The position numbers and the translations under genes are program-made. A stretch of DNA of 64,000 bases, from positions 56,698 to 120,697 of the forward strand of contig CAZXYS010000005.1 in the NCBI GenBank assembly GCA_964645005.1. The letters run 5' to 3'. This DNA is from an uncultured Hyphomicrobiales bacterium (GTDB lineage: Bacteria; Bacteroidota; Ignavibacteria; Kapaibacteriales; UBA2268). The notes under the pieces are model-generated. The model was not told where the DNA came from and did no database searches. It saw only the letters and a program-made list of their open reading frames with translations. Shown here piece after piece: positions 37,601 to 46,828 of this stretch; the stretch's first letter is position 1, and every line of letters starts with the position of its first letter.

Positions 37601-38918
37601 TGAGTGGGAAGATCCCAATCAGCAGGAATTCGAATTCACCCGTACACCTCCGAGCGACACCGTTATAACCCGCGGCGATTCCCTCGTGCTGGACGTGATA
37701 TTCCATCCATCACAGCCGCAGGCAACAGTCGTTGAAAGAGTCGAAGTTGTATCAGACGCCGAGACAGGACCGGATAGAGACCCCAGAATAACCCACTATC
37801 CCGAAGTTATCGGCCATTCCTTCCAGGTTGGCTGGAGCGTTAATGAACTTGACTTCGGTCCCGTACTGCTTTGCGATCCCGAAGAGGACCACTTTACCAT
37901 CTTCAACAATAGCCAAAATCAAGATATCATCGATGTCAAAATCAATAAGTTTGCCGGTGATGTTACATTATTTGAAATAACAAACATTCCCGACAGAATA
38001 TCTGCTAATGATGAAGGTAATGTTGGAGTCAGGTATTCTCCCGAATACCCGCGGGCAAGCGAGATGCAGGTTGAAGTTGAAGTGACCTTCGAAAATTCAA
38101 ATGTCACCGAAAAAGATACGACATTAGTAAAAGGCGAAGGTTACAAAGTACCGGTTACATTAAAGCTGCCTGAATTGGATAAGAATGCAGCAGGTATCCC
38201 GGTAGAAATACCAATCACCATCGTAAATAATAAAGCAAACGAATCAAAGATAACCGAATTTGAGATCGATGTGCTTTATGAAACCGACTGGATGACCTGG
38301 CTGCCTGCAGGCGATACAGATAATGAAATCGCTCAGGGAGAAGCACTGGTACCTAACAGTTGGAATGTCACAGGAGTGGAAACAAGAGATCCTGTTACCG
38401 GCATGGCACGGCTGAGAATCACCGCTGCCGGCACTATGCCCGTAAAAGGCGGTGAGAATGTTCTCGTCAGACCAAGATTCCTGTTATTGCTTACGGAATC
38501 GCTGACAACATTCCATCCTGAGATAAGCCTGACTAAATTGGAAAACTCAGGATTCGGCGACAGGACTATATGTATCATACCGGATACAACACGCGGAGAA
38601 GTAACTATCAACTCCTGCGTCATAGACTTAAGACATATAGAATATACCGGAGATGACTACCTGCTCGAAAGCATCAGTCCGAATCCGGTAACTGACGAAG
38701 GCTTCACTCTCAAATACGGAGTTGGTCTTGAAGGTAGAACTAAGATTGAACTACATAACTCCAAGGGCGTACTTGTAGACATATTGGTCGACGCAGTAAC
38801 CGATCCCGGTTACTACGAACAGCAGGTAAAAACAAGCGATCTGCCTGCAGGAGTATATTTCCTAAAAATGCAGAGCGGACCATTTACCAAGATGCGCAGA
38901 ATAGTGATAACGAAGTAA
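34617..38918 (+). CDS. Very large (about 1430 aa) adhesin-like T9SS cargo protein with an IgGFc-binding-like N-terminal domain and multiple Ig-like (choice-of-anchor-D-like) modules
   Basis: Signal peptide; GREFWIAIPPNE motif near the N-terminus; repeated FGEV/FGPV...N.S...I modules; C-terminal SISPNPVTDEGFTLKY...AGVYFLKMQSG...IVITK. ATG at 34617 preferred over TTG at 34614. Confidence 0.7.
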   Translation: MNRFIISLIAFFFLGILSSQVFAQNMTPEEVRKKQIRDHLLFNSAQGREFWIAIPPNEVASYPTQVLEIFVTASVQTQATIKSPTMGVNITKNVKPLSITTFSSETGETTFQWEIRRSEKVTDKGLQITSPQPLSVYVLNAKSATSEGYLALPRSAWGTEYIHCSYYDHNEIRKWKTGFIIIAAEKNTRVRITLRGRGAAGTLGGHNLGDIITENLDAGQTFMVQGNGETRGFFDMTGSKVVADKPIGFISTHERTHIPSYDIWNGRDHLAEMMPPVHAWGKEYITIEYKRDSGQGDFFRVVAAEDNTRFICKYYSIQNGEQLGTWEGQMKNAGDFQEYLQEHVQAGNKLKSIRGASIFTADKPILVMQYSYSAYWDGNDIFDPFMILVVPVEQYIPTTVFQTPSSKAFQDNWFNIIAKHDPKDSKFEDLKSIKVDGKKVSTLEPSFVLNKIPTKDLYWAKLRMDPGAHKVSGDTEFGGYIYGFSTFDSYGWPAAMAINKLDELDTLEPELYPEGVCGDYTIRATEFRNGEEGDDPRQVDQGISQIKLLDGSYNYELDPNDFEPWPVNYDHTFYLNLIDPFKSGLAIYAVTDRAGNVNIDTLSYEPDSLKLDPETVAFGEVRLRTTKEEIAVLENVSDSTIKILKIALQTAKFYEITDGAVPPEMELAPGDTHQIRIEYSPTRESLREDDLDIDSLLVTTECLEYKWEINGRGVIPRIYVADWDALTIPVGETKCITEEKDGLRIRNTGTATLEIYGIEDIDLAPFSMPETIPEFTFTIPPGEEVYLKEICFEAVDTLDHYKDVVFKSNTDTVPHNNYKDTSHWHGAGMQPGPVITSVNWKERRVLTVNDSAVYMTNVGDTKVLVNSFKLDDENDNSMEILYNQITPKETNIELYPLTENNSGKTTKITIPVRFVPQDEQDYENFVIPVFGDETVETGTVRGRLEGIGILPKIDTLGYEFAEIRYIQGEQNISPETGQVKIRSTSQSADLYIESIEWEDPNQQEFEFTRTPPSDTVITRGDSLVLDVIFHPSQPQATVVERVEVVSDAETGPDRDPRITHYPEVIGHSFQVGWSVNELDFGPVLLCDPEEDHFTIFNNSQNQDIIDVKINKFAGDVTLFEITNIPDRISANDEGNVGVRYSPEYPRASEMQVEVEVTFENSNVTEKDTTLVKGEGYKVPVTLKLPELDKNAAGIPVEIPITIVNNKANESKITEFEIDVLYETDWMTWLPAGDTDNEIAQGEALVPNSWNVTGVETRDPVTGMARLRITAAGTMPVKGGENVLVRPRFLLLLTESLTTFHPEISLTKLENSGFGDRTICIIPDTTRGEVTINSCVIDLRHIEYTGDDYLLESISPNPVTDEGFTLKYGVGLEGRTKIELHNSKGVLVDILVDAVTDPGYYEQQVKTSDLPAGVYFLKMQSGPFTKMRRIVITK

Positions 38919-38944
38919 TTTAATCGCATAAAGTTAGATTATAT

Positions 38945-38976
38945 GGGCATCTCTTCTCAGGGATGCCCTTTTTTTA
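38945..38976 (+). terminator. Rho-independent terminator
   Basis: gggcatc (38945-38951) / gatgccc (38962-38968) followed by T7. Confidence 0.8.
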
Positions 38977-39128
38977 TCATAATGATACTTTTCATATTTT
39001 AGTACGTATTTATTAGTAAGAAGAATATTTTTTAAAGAAATTCGGAGATAATTAAAATTTTACTTGTTATTGATAAAGAAATTTGTAAAATTCAAAATGA
39101 AATAAGTTATAATTAATAAAATTCTCCT

Positions 39129-39578
39129 ATGAAGAGATTATATTATTCAATAAAAGACATAACCGAAATCGTTAACGAAGAGAAGCACATTCTTCGGTAT
39201 TGGGAAAAAGAATTTGAACATCTTAACCCAAGAAAAAACAGAGGGGGCAACAGAATCTATTCCTCAAGAGATCTCAAAATAATAAAAGCTATAAAAAAGC
39301 TGTTAAGAGAAGAAAATTTATCTTTAAAAGGCGCAAAAGACAGATTAAATGAATTAATGGATAAGGCAGATGGATTAGACGGTTACCTTCCGGATGATAC
39401 CGGTGTTGTAACAGAAACTAAAGCATCTTATCATAACGATCAACTATTTTCTGATGAAAAAGAAGAAATTCAAACAACCTTGAAGAGCGATTCCGGTAAA
39501 GTTGTTTTAAAAGAGTCTGACGCACGTGAAATTTTAAACTTATTATTGGAGATAAGAAAAATTTTGAAAGAATCGTAG
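39129..39578 (+). CDS. MerR-family transcriptional regulator
   Basis: YSIKDITEIVNEEKHILRYWEKEFEHLNPRKNRGGNRIYSSRDL is a MerR-type winged HTH. Confidence 0.8.
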   Translation: MKRLYYSIKDITEIVNEEKHILRYWEKEFEHLNPRKNRGGNRIYSSRDLKIIKAIKKLLREENLSLKGAKDRLNELMDKADGLDGYLPDDTGVVTETKASYHNDQLFSDEKEEIQTTLKSDSGKVVLKESDAREILNLLLEIRKILKES

Positions 39579-39811
39579 AGAAATAAGTGATAATCGTGTT
39601 AAATTATATTCAACTAAGAAACATTTATTAAAATTACAAACCAAATAATAATCATTTTTATGAACAAACTTTTGATTAGTAACATAAAATTCATTAGATT
39701 TATAAATTCTTTTAACCATAATTTTGCAATTGATAGAAAATAAGTATACATATAGGTTTATTTTAGATGAAATCAATACTTCAAGTAACAATATTTTCTC
39801 GAGGTAAAAAT

Positions 39812-40789
39812 ATGAAACGTTTTTTGTGGCTCATGATAGGATTATCTGCAGCAATTATACTTCAACCACTGAACATCTTCGCTCAGAATGATGAATACAA
39901 AATGCGTACAGTCGGTCATCACGACGATGATGTATTGGGCGTATTCGTAAACGAGGATGATACTCAGGTAGCTACCTGCAGTCTGGACGAGACAATTAAA
40001 ATATGGACGCTGCCGGATGGAAATCTTTACAGGACATTTAAAGGACACCTCGGACAGGTTAACAATATTTCTTTTTCCGGTAACGACAAATGGCTTGCCA
40101 GCGGTTCAAGTGATCAAACAGTTAGAATTTGGAACGTTGAAACAGGCGAACAAATGGCTGTCCTTAAAGGACACACTGATCAGGTTATCGGAGTCTACTT
40201 CAGCCAGGACGACAGCAGTACATTCGTTGCCAGCACAAGCTTTGACAAGACCGTCAAACTATGGGACTACCGCTTGGGTCAGGAAATTAAAACTCTCAGA
40301 GATCACACCAAACCTACCAATAATATTGCTTACAGTTACGATGGCAAATACCTGGCTTCATGCAGCGATGACAAAACTATCAAGATCTGGTCGACCGACT
40401 TGACAACCAAAGAACCGCTGATGACTCTTCTCGGACATGAAGCCCCCGTATTGACCGTCCTCTACAGCTTCGACAGCGAATACCTTATTTCATCTGACCA
40501 GGCTGGTTATATAAAAGTCTGGAAAATGCCTGAGGGTAAGCTCTTAAGAACTATAAAAGCGCACGATGATCTTATCCAGGATTGTTCCTTTGCCGGAGAT
40601 AACAGAACTATCGTTAGCGCTAGCCTTGATAAGAAAGTTAAATTATGGGACATTTTAACTGGTGAAAATAAAATGAATTTTGACGCCGGCAAGGAAATCT
40701 GGTCGGTTGACCTGGTTGTTGATGTAAGCATAATAATTCTTGGTTGTGCCGACGGCACTGTTCGTTATCTTGAAAAGGCGGAAAATTAA
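39812..40789 (+). CDS. Periplasmic/secreted WD40-repeat beta-propeller protein
   Basis: Signal peptide MKRFLWLMIGLSAAIILQPLNIFAQ from ATG 39812. Seven GH...D.T[IV][KR][IL]W repeats (e.g. GHLGQVNNISF...SSDQTVRIWN). Confidence 0.85.
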   Translation: MKRFLWLMIGLSAAIILQPLNIFAQNDEYKMRTVGHHDDDVLGVFVNEDDTQVATCSLDETIKIWTLPDGNLYRTFKGHLGQVNNISFSGNDKWLASGSSDQTVRIWNVETGEQMAVLKGHTDQVIGVYFSQDDSSTFVASTSFDKTVKLWDYRLGQEIKTLRDHTKPTNNIAYSYDGKYLASCSDDKTIKIWSTDLTTKEPLMTLLGHEAPVLTVLYSFDSEYLISSDQAGYIKVWKMPEGKLLRTIKAHDDLIQDCSFAGDNRTIVSASLDKKVKLWDILTGENKMNFDAGKEIWSVDLVVDVSIIILGCADGTVRYLEKAEN

Positions 40790-40807
40790 AAATCGGAGGT
40801 ATATATA

Positions 40808-41536
40808 ATGATCATCAAAAACAAAAAAAATGTATTTATTCCAATAATGATATTTGCCCTTATTTTAGGGACAGCTTCTTTGAAAGCTCAGTTGGTAGAA
40901 CCTGTCGTTTCACTAACCGGCAGCGTTTTTAATCAGATCACAAAGGAACCTGAAACTGTGTTCCTTATCGTTAAAAATGAAGAAGGTAAGAAAATTTCGG
41001 CTGCAAGAAGTAATTCAACTGAAAATGGCTACTACTATATTACCGGTTTAAAACCTGGCCATACCTACTACATTGAATTGAAGCAAAAGAATTTTATGAA
41101 TGAAAGACATAAAATCGAGATTGCTGATACCCGCAAGTACGAAGAAATATCAAAGGACTTTCTCGTTAAGCCATTGAAACAAGGAGCGGAAATAAAATTG
41201 CAAGTACCTCCTTTTGAACTAAATAAATCAAAACTCCGCTATGGTGCGGAATTTCTATTGAAAGACCTGGCTAATACTCTGAAATATAATCATGACGTTA
41301 AATTCAAAATAAAATGCTACCCCGACAGCCCCGGAAATGAGGGTGAAAATCTGAGATTGACCACTGATCGGGCAAAATCTCTTAAAGAGTTTTTTGTGCA
41401 AAAAGGAATTGATGCCTCCCGCATAACTGTAAAGGGTTCCGCTGTCGTCGACCCGCAAAATCCGCCCCCGAAAGAAAAGCAGGCTAAAGGCAAGCGTTAC
41501 ATCGGTACTTCCTATATTATCATTCAGGATTTTTGA
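40808..41536 (+). CDS. OmpA_C-like domain protein with an N-terminal carboxypeptidase-regulatory-like domain
   Basis: Signal peptide; GSVFNQITKEP...GYYYITGLKPGHTYYIE; C-terminal FELNKSKL...LRLTTDRAKSLKEFFVQKGIDASRI (OmpA-like peptidoglycan-binding region, divergent). Confidence 0.6.
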   Translation: MIIKNKKNVFIPIMIFALILGTASLKAQLVEPVVSLTGSVFNQITKEPETVFLIVKNEEGKKISAARSNSTENGYYYITGLKPGHTYYIELKQKNFMNERHKIEIADTRKYEEISKDFLVKPLKQGAEIKLQVPPFELNKSKLRYGAEFLLKDLANTLKYNHDVKFKIKCYPDSPGNEGENLRLTTDRAKSLKEFFVQKGIDASRITVKGSAVVDPQNPPPKEKQAKGKRYIGTSYIIIQDF

Positions 41537-41561
41537 AAATCTTTAATTAATAAAACTATAG

Positions 41562-41603
41562 GGCTGCTTGGATTTATTAAATTCATGCAGCCATTTTTAT
41601 TTT
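41562..41603 (+). terminator. Possible rho-independent terminator
   Basis: ggctgc / gcagcc stem with a long loop, followed by atttttatttt. Confidence 0.4.
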
Positions 41604-41699
41604 AGCCAATAACAAAAGTTGTTGGGATTTTACAGTATAAATTTTTATTTTAATCCTTTGTAATTTGTAAAATTAGATAACAGGGACTTATTTTTAAAA

Positions 41700-42563
41700 A
41701 TGGAAGCTGCGTCAGGATACCTGATTTCCATTAAAGGATTGCATAAATATTATAATGGCACTCATATCCTTCAGGGAATCGACCTCAACGTTAATTCAGG
41801 TGAACTAATCTCCATCATAGGAAGATCGGGCTGCGGGAAAACTACACTCCTGAGATGTCTCAATTGCCTGGAAATACTTGATTCCGGCTCTATCCACATT
41901 GCCGGAATCACTCTTAACAGATCTCCCAGACCACAGCAAAAGCACTCGAAGATCGTAAAAAAAGCAAAAGAAATTGGCAAGTCCAAGGACAGCTTTATAG
42001 AAAGCAAAGGTATAGAAGAGCAAGTCCTCGATGAAGACTTTCAAAGAAAAGCTCATGCAATAAGATTGAGAGTGGGCATGCTTTTTCAGGACCTGAACCT
42101 CTTCCCCCATTTAACTGTCCTGGACAATATCATTATCGGTCCAACAGTGGTTAAGAAAGAAGATAAGGATCAGGCGACCCTTAGAGCTATTCAATTACTT
42201 GAGAAAGTTGGAATGGAAGAATACAGCAAGAGATATCCGTCGGAGCTTTCCGGTGGTCAGGCACAACGTGTAGCTATTGCAAGGGCACTGGCAATGTCGC
42301 CCCAGGTCATGCTGTATGATGAACCAACTTCCGCACTCGATCCCGAGCTCGTAGAGGAAGTCCTCCAGGTTATGCGCAATCTGCACAAAGAAGGAATGAC
42401 CCAGATAATAGTTACCCATGCTATGGGATTTGCCCGTAATGCATCCGACAGGGTTATATACATGGAAAACGGAGAAATCGTTGAGATCAGTCCTCCGGAA
42501 GAGATATTTACTAATCCAAAAGATGACAGAACACGTCAATATTTGAGTATAATATCCGAATAA
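41700..42563 (+). CDS. Amino-acid ABC transporter ATP-binding protein (GlnQ-like) with an internal insertion
   Basis: Walker A GRSGCGKTT, Q-loop GMLFQ, signature LSGGQAQRVAIARAL, Walker B MLYDEPTSALD, H-loop THAMGFA. Confidence 0.9.
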   Translation: MEAASGYLISIKGLHKYYNGTHILQGIDLNVNSGELISIIGRSGCGKTTLLRCLNCLEILDSGSIHIAGITLNRSPRPQQKHSKIVKKAKEIGKSKDSFIESKGIEEQVLDEDFQRKAHAIRLRVGMLFQDLNLFPHLTVLDNIIIGPTVVKKEDKDQATLRAIQLLEKVGMEEYSKRYPSELSGGQAQRVAIARALAMSPQVMLYDEPTSALDPELVEEVLQVMRNLHKEGMTQIIVTHAMGFARNASDRVIYMENGEIVEISPPEEIFTNPKDDRTRQYLSIISE

Positions 42564-42567
42564 GACT

Positions 42568-44112
42568 ATGAAAATAAAAAGATACCTCAATATTTATTTG
42601 TCACTTATTACAGCCTTTTTTTTATTGTCTACACTGGGTTTATTTTCTCGGGAAAAAGATAAAGAAGAAAAAGAAGTCCTTCGCTGGGCTGCTGACGCTG
42701 AGAGCGGAGCTCCTTATGTATTTGCGGATCCGAAAATCCCCTCCCGGCTTATCGGCTTCGAAGTCGACATTATCAATGAAGTCTGCGACAAACTGGGCAT
42801 GAAAGGCAAACATGTCCAGAACCAGTGGGATGGGCTCATTCCCGGATTGAAGCGAGGCGATTATGATATCGTCATCAACGGTATCGAAATTACCAGCGAC
42901 AGAAAAAAGGTTGTCAATTTCTCCCTCCCCTATTACTTAACCTATCAACAGCTCGTTATTCGTAGTGGTCAGAAAGGCATCCAGACAATGTCCGATCTCG
43001 TTGGCAAAAAAGTCGGCACCCTTAAGGCTTCCCTTGCAGAAAGAATGCTCCGAGCCGAAGGCGGCATTAATGTCAGAACATACGACAGCGAGCAAAACTC
43101 ATATCAGGACCTTAAAAACGGCAGACTCGATGCCGTACTTATAGATGAACCCGTAGCAAAATATTACGCCGGCTGGAATCCCGAACTCGAACTGGTCGGG
43201 CAGCCCATCGGCGAAGTTTCTTACGGGATAGTCGTTCCAAAAGAAGACACGCTGCTGCTTAAGAGAATAAACGAAGCACTCAGGGAAATAGCGCAAAGCG
43301 GCAGACTGCGCGAAATCCTCGAACAGTGGAATATGTGGAACCACATGATGGCATCATACCTTGATGACCAAACAGAATCAAACGTAGCCCCTAAAAAATA
43401 TCATCGCTTTCTTGAATCTCAGGGCAAAGAAACCACCCTGAAAATGCTTATTAACAGGTACATAAATTTTATGCCTGACGTGGGTACTGCCGCTATGGTT
43501 ACCTTGTCATTATCGATATTAGCAATGGTATTGGCTGTTGTGCTCGGGTTAACCATTGCCCTTCTAAGAGTTTACGCCCCAAAACCAATTTCGATGCTCG
43601 CTGTTTTGTTTATCGAATTTATTCGCGGCACGCCGCTATTGATACAACTATTCTTCATATTCTATGCTCTGCCTTCCATTGGAGTCAATTTAAATCCGTT
43701 CATTGCCGGAGTATTAGGACTTGGCATCAATTACGCCGCCTATGAAGCCGAAGTCTATCGCGCAGGGCTTTTCTCTGTTCCGCGCGGGCAAATGGAAGCC
43801 GCCATATCCCTGGGAATGAGACGCAGAGATGCCCTTCGCCATATCATCATACCTCAGGCAATAAGGCTTGTCATTCCCCCTACAACTAATGACTTCATTT
43901 CACTATTGAAGGATTCTTCGCTTGTTGCAGTTATCACATTGGTAGAACTGACAAAATTATACTTCAACCTCGCCTCCACTTATTATGACTATATTGGCAC
44001 CGGTTTGATCATTGCAGCCGTATATTTATTGCTGGGATTGCCATTCGTACAAATGTCAAAACATGTAGAAAAGAAATTTTCTCTCGATAAAAAGATAGAA
44101 GGCAAAAGATAA
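42568..44112 (+). CDS. Fused amino-acid ABC transporter substrate-binding protein and permease
   Basis: The N-terminal ~260 aa are family-3 SBP-like (LRWAADAESGAPYVF..., DAVLIDEPVAKYY). The C-terminal half is a permease with the EAA motif (MEAAISLGMRRRDALRHIIIPQA). Confidence 0.85.
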   Translation: MKIKRYLNIYLSLITAFFLLSTLGLFSREKDKEEKEVLRWAADAESGAPYVFADPKIPSRLIGFEVDIINEVCDKLGMKGKHVQNQWDGLIPGLKRGDYDIVINGIEITSDRKKVVNFSLPYYLTYQQLVIRSGQKGIQTMSDLVGKKVGTLKASLAERMLRAEGGINVRTYDSEQNSYQDLKNGRLDAVLIDEPVAKYYAGWNPELELVGQPIGEVSYGIVVPKEDTLLLKRINEALREIAQSGRLREILEQWNMWNHMMASYLDDQTESNVAPKKYHRFLESQGKETTLKMLINRYINFMPDVGTAAMVTLSLSILAMVLAVVLGLTIALLRVYAPKPISMLAVLFIEFIRGTPLLIQLFFIFYALPSIGVNLNPFIAGVLGLGINYAAYEAEVYRAGLFSVPRGQMEAAISLGMRRRDALRHIIIPQAIRLVIPPTTNDFISLLKDSSLVAVITLVELTKLYFNLASTYYDYIGTGLIIAAVYLLLGLPFVQMSKHVEKKFSLDKKIEGKR

Positions 44113-44182
44113 TTGCCTTAATTACGTTTAATAACAAGATATTTAAAATTTTTCAAAGGTCACTAATTTTTTGAGGATTGAT

Positions 44183-45592
44183 ATGAGATTAGCGATAATT
44201 TTGGGGATAGCAATACTTTTTAACACCGGACTTGTGCTCTCCCAATCTAAGGAAGAAGACGATCAGCCCAGACGAATTCGCCGCTTACAAAGCAGAGACG
44301 TCGAAGAAGGCAGGACAACCAGACCCATTAAACGACCACCTCTGAAAACAAGAACTTATGAAAGCTTTGATGAAGCCTTGAAAGATGCCGAAAGCCTTAA
44401 AAGACTTCTTCTTAGATCAAAAAACATTACTGACATACCTGCAGCAATTTCTCAGTTCAAAAAACTGGAATATCTGGACTTATCATATAATAACATATCC
44501 TCGCTGCCCCAGCAAATTTCGGAGCTTTCCAATCTGAAAACACTGAAAATATCGAATAATCAATTTACCGAAGCTCCGGCTATACTGGAATCTCTAACAT
44601 CTCTCCAGGTGATGGATCTATCCAAAAACCAAATTACTGAATTTAAGGCAGATCTATCTAAATTGGAAAAACTCCAGGTACTTTATCTATCTGAAAATGG
44701 GCTTCAAACCGTGCCAGAAAATTTTGAGGATTTCACAAGCCTATCTCACCTATATCTTGGAAGTAATGCTTTCACAACAATACCAGAGCCCGTTTTTGAA
44801 ATTGAATCTCTTAAGAATCTCGATCTTGGAGGCAACCAACTCGAAACCCTCCCTGAAGAAATCGAAGAATTCGATAATATAGAAACTCTTCTCTTGGGTA
44901 GAAATAAATTAACAAAGTTACCTGAAAAAATCGGTAAATTAAACTCGCTAAAGCTGCTTGATCTTCAGTATAACAAACTGGATACTATCCCAAAGGGATT
45001 CACAGAACTCGCAAATCTCAAAATATTACGTTTAAGCAATAATAAAATCACCTATCTTCCTAATAAATTAGATAAACTGAAAAATCTCCAAATCCTTGAT
45101 TTTTCTAACAATGAAGCTGACACGATACCATCGGGCTTTGTAAATATTAAATCTCTTCAAAATTTAGATCTCTCGGATAACAAAATGGTTATTTTTCCTG
45201 AGGGCATTGAAGAGCTTGTAAATCTCGAAAAGTTGAATTTAAAAAATAATCTATTTGAAGAGTTCCCAAAAGATATTTTGAAATTGGAAAATCTCAAATT
45301 CCTCGATTTGAGTAATAATCAGATTGATTCTATCCCATCGGATATCAACAAATTGAAATCCCTTGTCCATCTGAAAATGTCCGGAAATAAAATATCATCC
45401 GTACCCGAACAAATAGCCGAACTCGAAAACTGCAGAGCACTTATGTTAGCTCACAATCAATTAACCACCCTCCCTGAAAAAATAAAGAATTTATCTAATT
45501 TGAGAACAGTTAACCTCAGAGATAATCGTATACCCGACGAAGAAAAAGAAAAATTGAGAGAATTATTAACCGGCGCAAGAATATCATTTTAA
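44183..45592 (+). CDS. Leucine-rich-repeat (LRR) protein, secreted
   Basis: Signal peptide from ATG 44183, then about 16 consecutive 23-aa LxxLxxLxLxxNxLxxLP repeats. Confidence 0.85.
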   Translation: MRLAIILGIAILFNTGLVLSQSKEEDDQPRRIRRLQSRDVEEGRTTRPIKRPPLKTRTYESFDEALKDAESLKRLLLRSKNITDIPAAISQFKKLEYLDLSYNNISSLPQQISELSNLKTLKISNNQFTEAPAILESLTSLQVMDLSKNQITEFKADLSKLEKLQVLYLSENGLQTVPENFEDFTSLSHLYLGSNAFTTIPEPVFEIESLKNLDLGGNQLETLPEEIEEFDNIETLLLGRNKLTKLPEKIGKLNSLKLLDLQYNKLDTIPKGFTELANLKILRLSNNKITYLPNKLDKLKNLQILDFSNNEADTIPSGFVNIKSLQNLDLSDNKMVIFPEGIEELVNLEKLNLKNNLFEEFPKDILKLENLKFLDLSNNQIDSIPSDINKLKSLVHLKMSGNKISSVPEQIAELENCRALMLAHNQLTTLPEKIKNLSNLRTVNLRDNRIPDEEKEKLRELLTGARISF

Positions 45593-45728
45593 TTTAAATA
45601 TCACTGAATATTTATCTTAATGTTTCGTCACGAATCATGTAATATTTAGTTGTGTAAAATTTGTGTTTTTGACATAGCTAAATATATTGTTATATTTGTA
45701 TTCTATTATTTTTTAGAACTAATTTATT

Positions 45729-46655
45729 ATGGAAACTATGTTCAATGACAATAGATTGGGTAAGGTAGAAAAAGGACTGGATGTAATTAACTGCGCTTGC
45801 GAGGTGGAAGCGATGGAAACTGGAAGGAAAAATAAGGACGAACTCAATGCATTTATCAGCCGTAGAGTGGACATCTCATCAGATCTTATGATCATTGATA
45901 TTGTACCCGACGGATGGGAACTACCCGATTTCACTCCTGGACAGTACGCTACCATCGGACTCCCAAAATCAGCAAAATCCTTCCGTCAGAACAAGATGAG
46001 CATGCTGCCGGTAATAAATGACGAGAATAAAAAAATGGTAAAGCGCCCCTATTCAATAGCTTCAGGCTCAAAAAACAAACACAGCCTGGAAATATATCTC
46101 AAGCTTGTGGAAGACGGCACCCTGACACCAAAATTATGGAATCTAAAAGCCGGCGATCGCGTTTGGCTTTCACCGCGTATAAAAGGAAAATTTACACTTG
46201 ATGACGTACCTGTAGAAAAGAACATACTCCTCGCAGCGCGCGGCACCGGCGTTGCTCCATACATCAGCATGCTCCGAACTATTACGCTCAGATATGAAGC
46301 CAGAAATATAGCTGTCATTCACAGTGCTCGACATTCTTACGACCTTGCCTACCGTTCCGAATTAGAAACCCTCGAAAAAGAATGCGACAATTTCTCTTAT
46401 ATACCTGTACTAAGCAAGCCCAACCAGGAACCCCTAAAATGGCATGGTCATTCCGGCTACGTACAGAAATTATGGACTGAAAGAGTAGTCCATGAAAAAT
46501 GGAATTCGGAAATCACTCCGAAAAACACACATATTTTCCTGTGTGGAAATCCAAAGATGATAAATGACATGACAGAAGTCCTCGAAGCTGAAGGCTTCGT
46601 CAAACATAAAAACTGGAAGAAGCCAGGGAGCATCCATCTGGAGAAATACTGGTAA
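45729..46655 (+). CDS. Ferredoxin--NADP(+) reductase-like flavoprotein
   Basis: FAD-binding RPYSIAS; NAD(P)-binding ARGTGVAPYISML; C-terminal LEKYW. Confidence 0.8.
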   Translation: METMFNDNRLGKVEKGLDVINCACEVEAMETGRKNKDELNAFISRRVDISSDLMIIDIVPDGWELPDFTPGQYATIGLPKSAKSFRQNKMSMLPVINDENKKMVKRPYSIASGSKNKHSLEIYLKLVEDGTLTPKLWNLKAGDRVWLSPRIKGKFTLDDVPVEKNILLAARGTGVAPYISMLRTITLRYEARNIAVIHSARHSYDLAYRSELETLEKECDNFSYIPVLSKPNQEPLKWHGHSGYVQKLWTERVVHEKWNSEITPKNTHIFLCGNPKMINDMTEVLEAEGFVKHKNWKKPGSIHLEKYW

Positions 46656-46767
46656 GCCATTTGGCAAAAGGTAACAGGCTGCTGGTCACAGGCTGAAGAA
46701 GAGAAAATTAATCCCGGTTTTTGCATTAACATCTATCAAAATAAATACCTTAATTCTAAGAAAATAA

Positions 46768-46828
46768 CCACCCCTTCTTTTCCCCTCCTTAGTAAAGAGG
46801 GAGTGAAGCCGAAGGCTTTACGGGGTGG
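46768..46828. repeat. Nested-hairpin intergenic element
   Basis: Outer stem ccacccc / ggggtgg encloses two small hairpins (ccctc/gaggg and aagcc/ggctt). Shares the ttcccctcc motif with the hairpin at 17446-17479. Confidence 0.6.

Noticed and set aside
36975-37706. 243-aa minus-strand ORF inside the 34617-38918 gene
   Set aside because: Antisense shadow ORF within a gene that has clear signal peptide, repeat-domain and T9SS CTD evidence. The same reasoning applies to 14297-14881, 19298-19912, 55388-56002, 54534-54887, 54475-54882 and 5529-5984.
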